Shown piece after piece: positions 13,501-28,413 of a stretch of 64,000 bases of DNA. Position numbers and translations under genes: made by a program. Position 1 is the first letter of the stretch; every line of letters begins with the position of its first letter. The stretch lies in assembly GCF_009914755.1 (NCBI RefSeq), contig NC_060940.1. One strand, written 5' to 3'. The notes beneath the pieces were generated by a model, which worked only from the letters and a program-made list of their open reading frames with translations, searched no databases and was not told the DNA's origin. The DNA is from the human T2T-CHM13v2.0 reference genome, Homo sapiens.

Positions 13501-15637
13501 CTTACAGCTTAGAGAGAAAATAAATGAAAAAAATTATTGCAAGAAAAGTCATTGTTGTTTTTTTTTCACTTGATTTTCCTTACATTTCATTCTAATGTCA
13601 GAGCTGCTGTGGTTGTGTTAATGCCTCAACCTCACGATTATTTTTACTTTGTTTTCTTTACTGTTCTTACAATGTGAGGACCATATCGTTTCCTCATACA
13701 AATGCTACTCAAATGACCACCTCACTCCCTCACCCAGGGGAATGCTACCATCAGTCACTATGCTTTTAATATCAAGAAAAATAAAACTATCAATGTATCT
13801 TTTTTACTTAGTAGCATTTATTTGTATACTACCCCCTAAAGATTTAACGTGCATTTTAACAACCAACCAAACAAAAAAAATATAATAAAATAATAAAAGA
13901 ACAAAATGAGAGTAAGAAAACAGGAGTAAGAGGAAATATTATTGAGAATAGAAATTCAAAATCATGGTGAAAAATGAAATTAAGTGTTCTGCCACATTAT
14001 GGCCACTTTCTCACCTCCAAATTGGCCCCAATTTTGTTGAAAGTTAAGCATTATAATTTATATAGTTTTCGTCATGGAGAGGAACAAGATAATTATTTTA
14101 TCTTGAGTGTTTTCACCCAGATCTTTATTATAGTTGATGTGCAATGTCCTGGTTTTATTTTACACTCTCTTTATTAGAGTGAAAATATATTACAGTTAAT
14201 GTTAAGAGTAGTTTGTGTTTTAGTAAAAATACATAATATGACAAATACAAGTCACAAGGAGTGAATAGGAATGAGAGAATACATGTAGCTCAAATCCGTG
14301 TAACTAAATTTCTCCAGATTCTCTCAACAGTAGCGTTTGTTGTAAGCAATGTGTTGCAATACCATAAGGGGGACTCACAAAATAATGTCATCACAAAGTT
14401 CAGATGAGTGTGATCGTCTAATTGCCACATCTAGGGCAATGTGACCTTCACATACTGAGTTAGTCCTGTTGCAGACTAGAAAATCAAGGAGCTCCAAGTA
14501 AGGAGTGTCTGCCCTCCTTTTGATCTTGCTCCTGAGTCTGAGTAACTGAGATCTAGTCTTTTCTGGTATTCTGGCCAAAAACTGGGTCACTGCCTTAGAA
14601 CAATCTAGTTATCCCTTCTCCTAACTGGATGAAATGTTTTGCTTTCGTCATACTTTTTAGGCACTCTGTTTCTTGCCCTAAATCCGATTCCTGTGGTTTG
14701 TCATCTGCCTTGACCTTTGCCATGAGTGTTCTTGATATAATAACCACCAGATCAATTCATCTGCTTAGTAGCTGTAGCACTGACTTCCCTTTTTTGGCCT
14801 CCTCCTCTGGGGATATTTGAGGAATAATTTGGTCTGCAGATCTCCACCCCTAACCATCTGAATTATTCAAATATCAACCCAGTTAAATTATAGTAATAAA
14901 CATTCATCTCTGGATGACTTCTTTTTCTTTTAATCAATCATTAGAATTTTATTACTTTAAAAAATGGTTCTAACTATAAATAGATGTTTTTCCCAGGAGC
15001 TCTCCCTCAGGAAGCCAGGATGTTTTGGCAGTTCTTTCTTCTCTTTCTTTCCCCCTTCCAGTCAATGTCTTAGTCATCCTCGCAGGAGAATTTTGAAATC
15101 ATGGGATTCACCCCAATGCACCTTTATCAAAAACCTATTTTATTTTCTGCAGATTTATGCCCAGGCCCTTTTCATACACTTTATATTATTTCATCTCAAA
15201 AAAGTCCTTGTAAAATTGCTATTACTAGTATCTCTGTTTTACAAGTGATAAGAATGACAAACAGAAAGCTTATGCTATTTGCCCAGGGTCACAGAATTAG
15301 TCAATGACAGATATGGACTTGGACTTGTGAATTTCCTCTACTTTCTCTCTTAAGGGCCAACTTTATGCAAATATTTTAACATAGTGTTTCTGTTTAAAAG
15401 TATGATTCTTTCTTATGAATTCAAACTGATACATTTCAAATTAGTAAGTAGCTTTATATTTCAAAGATGAAATCCAAAATCATCTGGCTCAAATGTATGT
15501 TAATGGTCAAAGTACTTGTGTTGAAAATGTTGAATTTTGTGTTCAGTTGTAGGGAATACGGAGTTCCTAGAGAAGGAACCAATGGGGTACTTTTTCCACA
15601 AGTTTTATTTGAAGGCCTGATGTTGCATTTTATTTCT

Positions 15638-17800
<2,163 letters not shown>

Positions 17801-19913
17801 AAAAATGAATTTTATTTCTAATTCTAGTTTCTTCTGGTCTGCTCTGTACCTTGCCCAGGGTTAGGCACACACCAGAAAGATGTCTTTGGCACTCTCCCTC
17901 CAACAGTGAACAGCTAAATGGCGGAAGTTGTTAAGGTGTGAAGACTCATCTCTGGCCAGTCTGTTTTATTCCCTAGGTCTGGGATTCTGCTTTTGTCTCC
18001 ATGACCGAGGTACTAATTCACCTTTTACAGGAGACCTCTATTCTGAAAATCTTGCAGTTAAATTTTTGTGGGACCGGTTATTTTGCCAAACTATAAAAAC
18101 AATTCCATTTCAGGAATAGATGTTTCCTGCCATGGTTGAAATGCTGCTCTGAAGATAGTGCTATTTAGAACCATGGGATTTCAGCATTTGATCTACTTTG
18201 TGGATTACTCCATGTTAGGGATGGGTCACTAATCGTGCAAGGCCCTGGAGGCTGACGGGAGCTAGGAGAGGAGGGAGGGAGGGTTTTCTATCCTCAACAG
18301 CATTCTGCCTCTCTCAGTAACTGTGATGTGCCCAGATCCAAAGGAAATTCATCCAAGAAACTGTGAACTCTCCATTTTCTTTATCACCTTAGGTATCAGT
18401 TGTTCCATTTTTCTTTTATATATTCGTTCACTCTCTTCCTTTTCCCTTTCTCTGACCTATAACTTATTTTCTTTTTCCATTTTACTACCAACAAAAATCC
18501 ACAAAATAATGATTTTTTTAACCCTGAATCCTAGTAGTTTTTGCTGCATCTCTTCCCTTGGTTTACTGCCAAGTTGTTGAATGCCTAGTGGAAAATTTGA
18601 AGTTTCTGCATTCTTTCATGCCAATCACTCTGTTTAGCTGTGTCCTTCATTACCCTTTTAGAACCCTTCTGAATCTATTCCTCAGTGCACAGAGTCCTAA
18701 ATACTATTTGTCCTTATATCAGAAACATTAATACTGTTAAGCCTTCTTAAAACGTCCTTTTGTTTGAAAATCTTACCAACTGTGGTTTACTTTACATGTT
18801 TTTTTTTTCTTGTCTATTTCTGAAAATAAACAATGGGTTTTCTGAACTCAGTAAGCAGAGACTTGGGTTTGAATGTCCATTTATCAAGTTACCAACCACT
18901 TACCCTTGGACAATTTCTTTATATTCCCTAAGCATCATTATTTTCATCTGTTAAGTAAGCTTACTATTAGCATCCATCACGTAGTTTTTAAAATATAATT
19001 TAAATAATATTATGCTTAGGAAATGCTTAGCATAGTATGTACTAAATATGTATTATATGCCACCTGCTTTCAATACAATTTTATTGCTAGTATTGTTGTT
19101 ACCATTATCATTCTTCTTTACATTTCCCAAAGTTCTTCTTCTTTACTTAAATTTAGCTTCCCCTTTGGTTGAATCTTGGCTCTTCATCTTGTACATATAC
19201 CCTTGCTTATCTTTAACAAGTATGTATATTCTGGTAACTCTCAGTCTGTATCTTTGGTTTCATTTTATTCTATAAATTCTAAACTTTTATATGTGACAAC
19301 CTAGTAGACAACTCCCACTGCTCCTAGCACATATAGCAGCAAGATGAAATGTATTTAAAAAAATAAGTAACAAGGAACAAACACATAATAATAAGAAAAT
19401 CACCATAAATTTACTCTGCCACCTGTGTGAAAATCTGGGAAGCATCTTAGACTCCTTCCCATGCCTGCATCTAACTCACCTGTAGATTTTAGCAAAAAAA
19501 TTCTGTAGATTTTAATCAATTAGACTCTTTTTCCATTTTCATTCCTGGAGCCTGAGTTCTTATCTCAGCTGGATTAGCACAAAAAATTTATCAACCATTC
19601 ACACCCTTCTCCATCCTCTATCCTAAAAGTAATCTTATGAGGGTAATCTTTTCCAAACTATAGTAAAAAACAAAAAAAAAATGCATAAATAAATAATATC
19701 ATGTGTCTCCCCCTCCTAAAACTCCTTTAGGGTCTATATTGCTTATAGGGGCCATTCCCAGCTACTTAGCCTGGCTTAGAGGGTCATGCTCTGAGTCCTA
19801 CCTACTCTTACTTAGAGGTTGCACGGTATGGTTGTTAAGAATAGGGCTGCAAAGTCATCTTGCCTGGGTTTAAAATATGCCTTCACTTCTTCCTCCTCAT
19901 CATCCTGGGGACC

Positions 19914-20570
19914 TGTGATAGGCGTCTTCTGTTTAACCCTCCGAATCTATACATCAGCCTTCACTTGCTCTGCCAATTAGCTCCTCTGGACTCTGGAGCC
20001 ACTTAGCTCCCCAGCCCTGCAGTGGCACTTGGATTTGGCCATTGAAAGCCACCTGCAGGACCTCCTCAGGACACCCAGAGAGTACTCCCTACCTGCTGGG
20101 CTGCACGGGTTGATAGTGCCTGTCTACTGATGGCCACAGCTCCAATTAGATAGACCTCTCCTATTTCCTTTTCCTGGGTTCTGATAATTGCCTTCTCTTC
20201 TTTATGGCCTAAGGATCATAGCATCTTTTTCCGTATTACTAGCCCCATGGTACTGTACCATCCATGCTGACTTCCCTAAACCCATGGTTTTCAAATGTCA
20301 GAGTGCATCAGAATCACCTAGAGGGATTTTTAGAAGACAAATTGCTGGACCTTATTCCCAGAAATTGGGATTTTGTAATTCTAGGATAAGGCCTGAGAAT
20401 TTGCATTTCTTACAAATTCTCATATGATGCTGATAGTGCTGGTCTAGGGAACCACACTTTGAGGACCATTGGCTTAAACTATGCTCACAGCTTGAAAAAT
20501 AGTCCCTTTACTACACACTCCAGGATCATCCAGTTTGAATGTTCTGTGGGTTCACCAACTGAATTAACAT
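19914..20570 (+). mobile_element. Old ERVL LTR (LTR33-like), lying within a MIR and itself interrupted by MER5A
   Basis: ggatttggccattgaaagccacctgcagga, ctagccccatggtactgtaccatcc and aatagtccctttact segments. MIR halves at ~19815-19890 and ~20575-20730. Confidence 0.6.
20282..20471. mobile_element. MER5A (hAT-Charlie MITE)
   Basis: tggttttcaaa...gcatcagaatcacctagaggg...gaatttgcatttct...accacactttgaggaccattg; degenerate 8-bp TSD ccctaaac/gcttaaac. Confidence 0.9.
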
Positions 20571-22873
20571 GCCACTAAATTCTCTAGAACTCAGATTTCT
20601 AATCTGCTAAATAAGATAAATAGTAAAATTGTTCCAGTCTTGCACTTCAATGCAAAGATGAAATGAGAAAATGGGTGAACAGTATATGGCATGAACCAAG
20701 AACTCCAGATGTACTAGCAGCTATTGTTACCAAGTTGCAAAGTCTCATTCGCGCCTGCTTTCCCAGGCATATCCTGTATTTCAGCCAAATGCAAGTAATT
20801 AAAATTGCTCAAAAACAAACTCTCACATTTCTATGGATACCATGGTTAATGTAGGTGCTTTAGCCTGAAGTACTCTCTGGCAGCTTTCCTGCCTCTTATA
20901 TTTGTAATTTAATGCTTCAGGACTCAATTCAAGACTCCAGTGCATTCTTAGAATGAATGCTTTCACTTTCACTTCCTGACGCCATCATACTTTTATCCTA
21001 ATTCGGTTTTAGTCTTGTCATAGGACATTGTTTTCATGCCATTCTTCCCCACTAGACTGTTGTGGGTAGCAATAGTGTTTTATACATCTTGGTAACCACA
21101 GTTCCTTGTCTAATACCTGAAGCAGGGTAAATAGTCAATAGAGTTGAGTCAAATGAATGCATGAACTGTTTCTAGGCTTTGTTTCCTAAGAGTGACCATG
21201 TTATTTAGCTTTGCCTATGACACTCAGAGAAATAGAAACCCAAACCCAAAATGTCAGAAACCATTAGCACTGTAATGGCAATGTGCACCTTTACTGTCAC
21301 TGTTTCTCATTATCTGAATAAGACAGCACAAGGAAACAGATGGTTTGGGAAGACATAAAATAAACATGAGTAACACAAAACCTGCCATTCAATAACGCTA
21401 ATCACACCACAGATTTTGGACAGTGATGTCTTCTCCACTTGCTAATAAAACTATTGTGAAACATATGTTCTGGGAAAAATGAAAATAGATAAAGGAAAGT
21501 TAGAAAAATTTCAACCCTGCCACTTGCTTTAAAATACTTGTCTTTCTGGGATGCTTTGCTACAAATTCAGTGAGTATACATAAAAATTCCATTTCAGAAG
21601 GCTCTCATGCCATATACAACCCTTCTATCACTTACTTTAAAACCAACCTGTACTTTCTCTGAAACGCTGTCATTTTATTTGTAAAAGTATTTCATATTCT
21701 AAGGCTGAGATGATTTGCATAGGTCCAGGGTTCTTATTTTGTACAGATCTGACAGCTTTTCAACAAAAATATTTCAAAGCCATTATGTAGAATTATTATT
21801 TTATGGCTTTTCTAAAGGATCATTTTGACTTTTAAAAGTTTTACAGTTTCGCATGTTTAGAATTTAAACCTTCAAATAGATACATCAAAAGAATCAGTGG
21901 AATTTTTGATTCTATGCAGAAAGTTTTAAAATATAATGTATTTGAAATAAAAGTAGCATGACCCATTTCTGTACCAGAGAACATGGCACCAGGTCAGTTT
22001 CACTATAGGAAAGCATCATATATAATTTTTCCCTTAATACATTTTTCACCTTAGTCAAGTCTCCACTTGTTGCTCCAGTTAAAACCCTGGATTTTGAATA
22101 TCATATCATTTTAAAAATTTATAAAATATAGTATCTGAAATCATTTAGTAGTTGATGATTTTTAACTCAAAGATATTTGACTCTTAGAAAAAGATACTTG
22201 GTAATAATCCAAACACAGTACTTTTTTATAGGATCCAAGTTAAATTCTTCTGAATTCAGCCCACAAATACTTGGCACTACTTAAGTCTCCGGGTGGAATG
22301 TAAAAACTGGCTTATCCATCAGATATTTATTTGGTACTTTCTGTATTCCAGGCATTGTGCTTGACCTTGGTGGTACAAAGAAGAATGTCAGACTTGTATC
22401 ACTTGTTTTCTTGGGTTTACCAGAAATCATTGTGAATTGAAGGAGGCAGGTCCTTAGAGAAGTGGCTATGGCTCAATGAGAAGTCAATAGGAACTGAGTG
22501 TTACAGGAATACAGAGAATGGAGGGATGGACTGAGAGAGAGTCAGAGAGATTATTCAGTTAAATTGAGAGGCACCAGTGGGAGATTACTCATGGAATCTG
22601 AGAGCTGAGACTTACAGACACAGGAAATCATGCTGAACAGCATGCAAAACAGAGAAGTGAACTCCCATGTACTTTGAGACAACATTGGACTTTAAACTCC
22701 AGAAGTAAGTGGCTGTGTATAGTTCATGTTCCATTTTAGCCTAGTGTCTAGCACAGTGTGTAGCATATTTTTATTGGACATGAAATACTAAATGCAAGAG
22801 TAAATGAATGACTAAACTACAGCTTTTGTCCTGTGATAGTGAAAGAGATATGAGTCCTCAAACTAAAAATTTT

Positions 22874-23189
<316 letters not shown>

Positions 23190-23499
23190 TCACTAGGTTG
23201 GGAGTTTGTTGGAGTACGTATTATGATAATTATTTAGGACTTTATCCTGCAGGATATGAAAGATCATTATGGCTAAATATTAAATCAAGCTAAACTCTGA
23301 ACTGATTAATACATTCTTCTTTCAAATAAATATTTATTGAGCATCTACTGTGTACAATTGAAGTGCAACTAAACTCTGCCTACTGTCCTCCTGAAGTAGT
23401 CATTCTAATTAGTATTATGACAATAAACAGGTATAAAATAACAAATGTTCCAACTATAATTTGTAATAAGTATTATGAACCAGAAAGTCAGTCAATTAC

Positions 23500-23701
23500 C
23501 TCTGCTTGCTGAATCCTACCAGCTTCCTGTTTTGTGAATAAAATGATATTGTTACACACCCATGGTTTTTCTTTACATAGTGTCTGTGGCTGCTTTCAGG
23601 TTATGGCGACAGAGTTGAATGATTGTGATAGACACCTTAGGGCCTGTGAAGCCTAAAATATTTCTAGCTGGGTTTTTGCAGAAAGAGGTTGCCAACCCTT
23701 G
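23500..23701. mobile_element. MER58A (hAT-Charlie) inside an L2 fragment (~23320-23990)
   Basis: tgtctgtggctgctttc...gaagcctaaaatattt...gcagaaagaggttgccaacccttg. The L2 end motif caaataaatatttattgagcatctact lies upstream. Confidence 0.8.
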
Positions 23702-25678
23702 ACATAAATGAAACAAATGAGGAGCAGAAATGAAAACAAATGAAGAGTAGACCACGCCAGACAGGATTCCAGAAATGACCTTGGTAAGCAGGTGACATTT
23801 AGGCAAGGGTGTAAAGGATGAGTAGAAGTCAGCCACATGGAGATAGGGAGGCGGCCCTGGAACAGGCAATAATGTGAGCAAAGGCCAAAGGCTGGAATGG
23901 CCTTAGCATGTTTGGTGTCCTCAGATATGAGCAATGTAACTTGGGGACATGGTCAAACAGAGAAAGGGGTTGTTATTAGATTATGTTAGAGATAAACCAG
24001 ATTGATCTGTCTATCAATCTGTCCAGCTACTTCTCTCTGGAGATAAACCTTGATGGGATTTAAAAAATCAGTTTAAAAACAACTCATGCAGACCTTAGCC
24101 TATCAGTAAACACCTCTTGGATTTTCACTATGAATATTGTTAATAGACCTAAAGGGTATATTGATGACAAAGATAGGCTCTTCTCCAACCGTGACAATAA
24201 AGCTGGCATGAAGAAGGTTATTTGTGAGGCAAAGCCAATTAAATCTGCATTTACGCTGATTTTGCAGTGATTCTAGAGTGATTTTTTTTTCTTTTGAATG
24301 GCAGAGCTGGCAAAATGCTAACAAATTCAATGTACCATGCACCACATGAAGCCCAGAGAGTATTTCTAGAAAATGATGATGGTTTTCTAAACTAGTCGAA
24401 AAGGGGAGGGTTATTTTAGCCCTAATGCACTCCACTATATCAAGTTGTTTGCTTGAATTATTTATGTGTGTATTGCGATTTTTAAATGGGAGCATCAGAG
24501 ACACTTAAGCCACTGAGAAGTTAAAGACCTTGTAGGTCGTTCAAGGAGAATGTTAACTAGGGCAAGCGGCAGTGGCTGGAGAAATATGTCCAATCCACTT
24601 CACAAGTCACAGGGGCTTGGCTGTCAGACAGAACCAGATATGAAGATGGATTCAGTTATTTTTCAACTCCATGAACTGAGGCACTTACTACCCTTACCCC
24701 AAGCCTCAGTTTCCAAATCTCTAACCTTGGGATCATACATTCTGGATTAGAGTTTACTATGATTTAGTAATATGTCAAAAGAATGAAATATACAGTAAAC
24801 ATAATGAATTATAACTATTGATATGATTATTACTGTTATTTTACTCCAGAAAAATCCAATAAGCATGAGAATGCAAACTCAACACTAGGAATTTCACTGG
24901 GTACAAAACACCTTGGTTCTTGTGGTAGTGAAGAAAACATAAATCCCGCATAACTTAAAATCAATGGGAAGAAGGCCAGTGTTTTATGAATATCCTTGAG
25001 TGCTTGTTAAAATACTGTGTCCGAAGCCCCATTCTAAAATTCACTGAATCAGAATCTCCTAGGGAACAGCTAGAAAGCTACTTGTTTAACAGATAACCAC
25101 GTAATACAAATTGTTTGGTATTATTCAGTGATCATCCATGCAGAGAAACACATATATGAATTCCTGCCTTAAGAGAAGCATAAACAAAATGCATTAGGAA
25201 ATCCAACGTGGGAAAAATACCTCTAAATAAAGTCCTAATTTTCTGACTCTGAGAACATATTTAGGAAAAAGACAATTGTTATATACCATTAAAAATAAAA
25301 TGAGTGAGACTAAATGATAAAATATATCTGAACCAAAAAGCAAGTGTTAAATCTGAATAATAAAATACTTATTTTCAGGTAAACTTCTTCTAGGATTTGC
25401 AATTGAGAAATCAATTTTCTCATCAGCTAAAATATCATGAAATTTCAGTCACAGATGCTCTGTGAGAAAAGGGAGTATGTTTTCTTCAAATCTAAATAGT
25501 AAAATACAGCAAGCAAACAAAAACCTGCCCTTAACATGTATCATAACATGGTTGCCCCCGTTTCCAGGAAGGAATATGCTACAAGAAGTCAGATGTTAAC
25601 ACGTTCAGGTCTCACAAAGTTATGACAGTGCTGAGGTCAACATAGCCATTGGGAATAAGAATACCCAGCCCAGATTTT

Positions 25679-26795
25679 TTTTTTAACTTCTATTTTTAGG
25701 CTCAAGAGTACATGTGCAGATTTGTTATATAGGTAAATTGCATTTCATGGGGGGTTGGTGTACAGATTATTTTGTCACCCTGGTAATAAACATAGTATTT
25801 GATAGGTAGTTTATTAGTCCTCTCGCTTCTCCCACCCTACACCCTCAAGTAGACCCTGGTGTCTGTTATTTTCTTTGTGTCCATGTTTTCTCATCATCTC
25901 ATTACTTTTGATGATGTTTACATCATAAGTAAGAACATGCGATATTTGGTTGTCTGTTCCTGTATTAGTTTGCTTGGAATAATGACCTCTAGTTCCATCC
26001 ATACTGTTGAAAAGGACATAATCTCATTCTTTTTTATGACACCATGGTAATTAATGGTATATATGTATTTTCTTTATCCTGTCTACCATTGATGAGCATT
26101 TACATTGATTCCATGTCTTTGCTCTTATAAATAGTGCTGCAGTGAACATACATGTGCACATATCTTTATGGTAGAATGACTCATATTCCTTTGGGTGTAT
26201 ACCTACTGAAGCAGACTTTAGTTATATACCTAGTGAAGCAGACATTGTCTCACAGCCAAGGAGATCAAGGACGTGGACACACAAAGGGTGAGGTTTAGAG
26301 TAGAAATTTAATAGGTGAAGGAAAGAGAATAGCTCTCTGCTACAGAGAGGGGCTCCAGAAAAATGGGTTGTTGTTTCAAAGTTTGGATATAGAGGCTTTT
26401 GTAAGAAACCCCTATGGGGTTGGGCATCTCATTTGCATAAGGTGTGCATTTCTGGTAGTTCCATCCCATCCTCCTAGTGTGCATGTGGGATCTTAGCTTG
26501 AGTTATTCCATGTTGCTTTCTTCCCCTTACTGTGCTTGTGTCAGGGGACAAAATTTTCCATTGTGGGCATGTGTGGGAAAGTCTCCTGTGTAGCCTTTCT
26601 CATCTATGTGCCTGTGGGGATGTCTTAGGCAAGCCCCCCTGGGAAAGTTCCCTTATCTGTGCCTGCAGCTTGATTTTCCAGGCTATTCTTTTGTTTGAAA
26701 GAATTTAACCAAGGACCTGCTCTAAAACTGAGGACCCACCCTGTCTTCCTGATCGGTTTCTTCCTTTCTCCTCTCTCACTAGTAATAGGATTGTT
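25679..26795 (-). mobile_element. Short 5'-truncated L1 (L1PA15/16-like), interrupted by an ERV1 LTR
   Basis: T tail and L1 3' UTR; L1 sequence resumes after the LTR (ctagtaataggattg). TSD agcccagatttt (25667-25678) / agcccagatctt (26796-26807). Confidence 0.9.
26234..26778 (-). mobile_element. ERV1 solo LTR (MER4 group; LTR29/MER83/MER51-like)
   Basis: Termini tgaagcag...ctcctctctca; 4-bp TSD ctag at 26230-26233 and 26779-26782; octamer atttgcat at 26431. Confidence 0.85.
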
Positions 26796-27409
26796 AGCCC
26801 AGATCTTAAAATCCATCTGAACAGCCCAAAGTCAGATCTGGGGACAAATACACAGAAAAAAAAGGCAGATGTTGAACTTTATTCTATGAAGAAAAGTGAG
26901 ATAAAATAGCAGTGGTAAGAGCTAGTTGTAGCCAGAACAGTAGTGGTAGAAAGGCAATGGTGAGGCAATGATGGATTACACACTTACTATAATATACTAC
27001 TAAAACCTTGAGTGCAACATCTCCATTAATCATCTGCCGTCTTATGCATAGATCCTAACATTGTCTCCATTTTACAGAGGAAGAAAATCAGCTGGGATGC
27101 AATCAAGTGCATTTCATTAGGTCAGAAGCTTATAAGTGGTTATGCTGAGATTTGAACCCATGTTCTCTGACCTCTGACCTTATTTCAATTTAAAATTGCA
27201 TCTCAGGAAGTAGGAATGAGAAATCTGATTCTATTTCTTGTTGTTTGACTGTGGACAGCTTTTAGACTCATCTCCTTGTTCTCTACATCTAAAAAAACAT
27301 AAGCAAGCTTTCCTCCCTTGGCTCCCACAGGAAATTAAAACCGTGCAAATCACTGCCCACCTGGAACTCTCACTGTGGGACCCCATCCTTTAACAATAAA
27401 AACCCAAAC

Positions 27410-27905
27410 TGTTACCCACAAAAGGGTGAATTCAATCGCTTGCTTGCAGTGACAATCCAATGACCACAACCAAGGAGGATTTAACAAGGAGATTTTGTTA
27501 CTTTTAAAGAGTAAAATGGACACCCACCAGGGGTAGTCCCTTAAAGCAGCATCACCTCGAACAACAGGGAAAACAGGACTTTCATTAGGCTGGTGAGCTG
27601 AGTCATTGTATGTAGAGGTGGAGTAAAGGCAGAGCAGGTACAATCACCATGCTTCTGCATCCGTCATGTGTATAAGAAATAGCAGATAGGCTCCTCCCAG
27701 GGAGGTGTTTTTAGTGTGGTAGTGAAGAAACTTCACTATGGTTCATCTCCAACTCGGGCATCTCTGGATCCAACAAGTTTTTTGTTTTTCCCAGGCTGAT
27801 CTTCTTCCAGGCACTTTTTGAAACAACAAGAACTTAAAGTTCAACCATTACAAGTGGAAACTTTTTCACAGTACATACCCCAAAACCCAGGAACCCTAGG
27901 TTACA
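27410..27905 (-). mobile_element. ERV1-class solo LTR, subfamily not assigned
   Basis: 496 bp with TGTTA...TTACA termini and a perfect 4-bp TSD aaac (27406-27409, 27906-27909). Confidence 0.8.
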
Positions 27906-28020
27906 AAACCAGTTTTCTTTCTATGCTGTCTCAGGTCATATTTTGACCTTCTTGAAAGTCCTGCCCTGATCGTCCCAGAGATTTAAATTATGTAAGTAAT
28001 AAACCTTTTAAACCCTCTTG

Positions 28021-28028
28021 GTGTGTGT

Positions 28029-28102
<74 letters not shown>
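28021..28102. repeat. Compound microsatellite (TG)22(AG)14 preceded by a short GT run
   Basis: Read directly: TG 28031-28074, AG 28075-28102. Confidence 0.99.
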
Positions 28103-28103
<1 letters not shown>

Positions 28104-28110
28104 CATCATT

Positions 28111-28413
28111 GGCCAGGCGCGGTGGCTCACGCCTGTAATCCCAGCACTTTGGGAGGCCCAGGCGGGTGGATCACGAGATCAAGAGATCAAGACCATCCTG
28201 GCTAACATGGTGAAACCCCGTCTCTACTAAAAATACAAAAAATAGCCGGGCGTGGTGGCAGGCGCCTGTAGTCCCACCTACTCGGGGAGGCTGAGGCAGA
28301 AGAATGGCATGAACCCGGGAGGCGGAGCTTGCAGTGAGCCGAGATCACGCCAATGCACTCCAACCTGGGCGACAGAGCGAGACTCCATCTCAAAAAAAAA
28401 AAAAAAAAAAAAA
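28111..28413 (+). mobile_element. AluY
   Basis: Y-type gaccatcctggctaac and gaatggcatgaacccgggaggcggagcttgcagtgagcc; many CpGs kept; A22 tail; TSD gcatcatt. Confidence 0.96.

Noticed and set aside
12690-14830. Possible CR1/L3 remnants at ~12.7-12.9 kb and ~14.4-14.8 kb
   Set aside because: Too diverged to call by eye; needs a Dfam HMM search.
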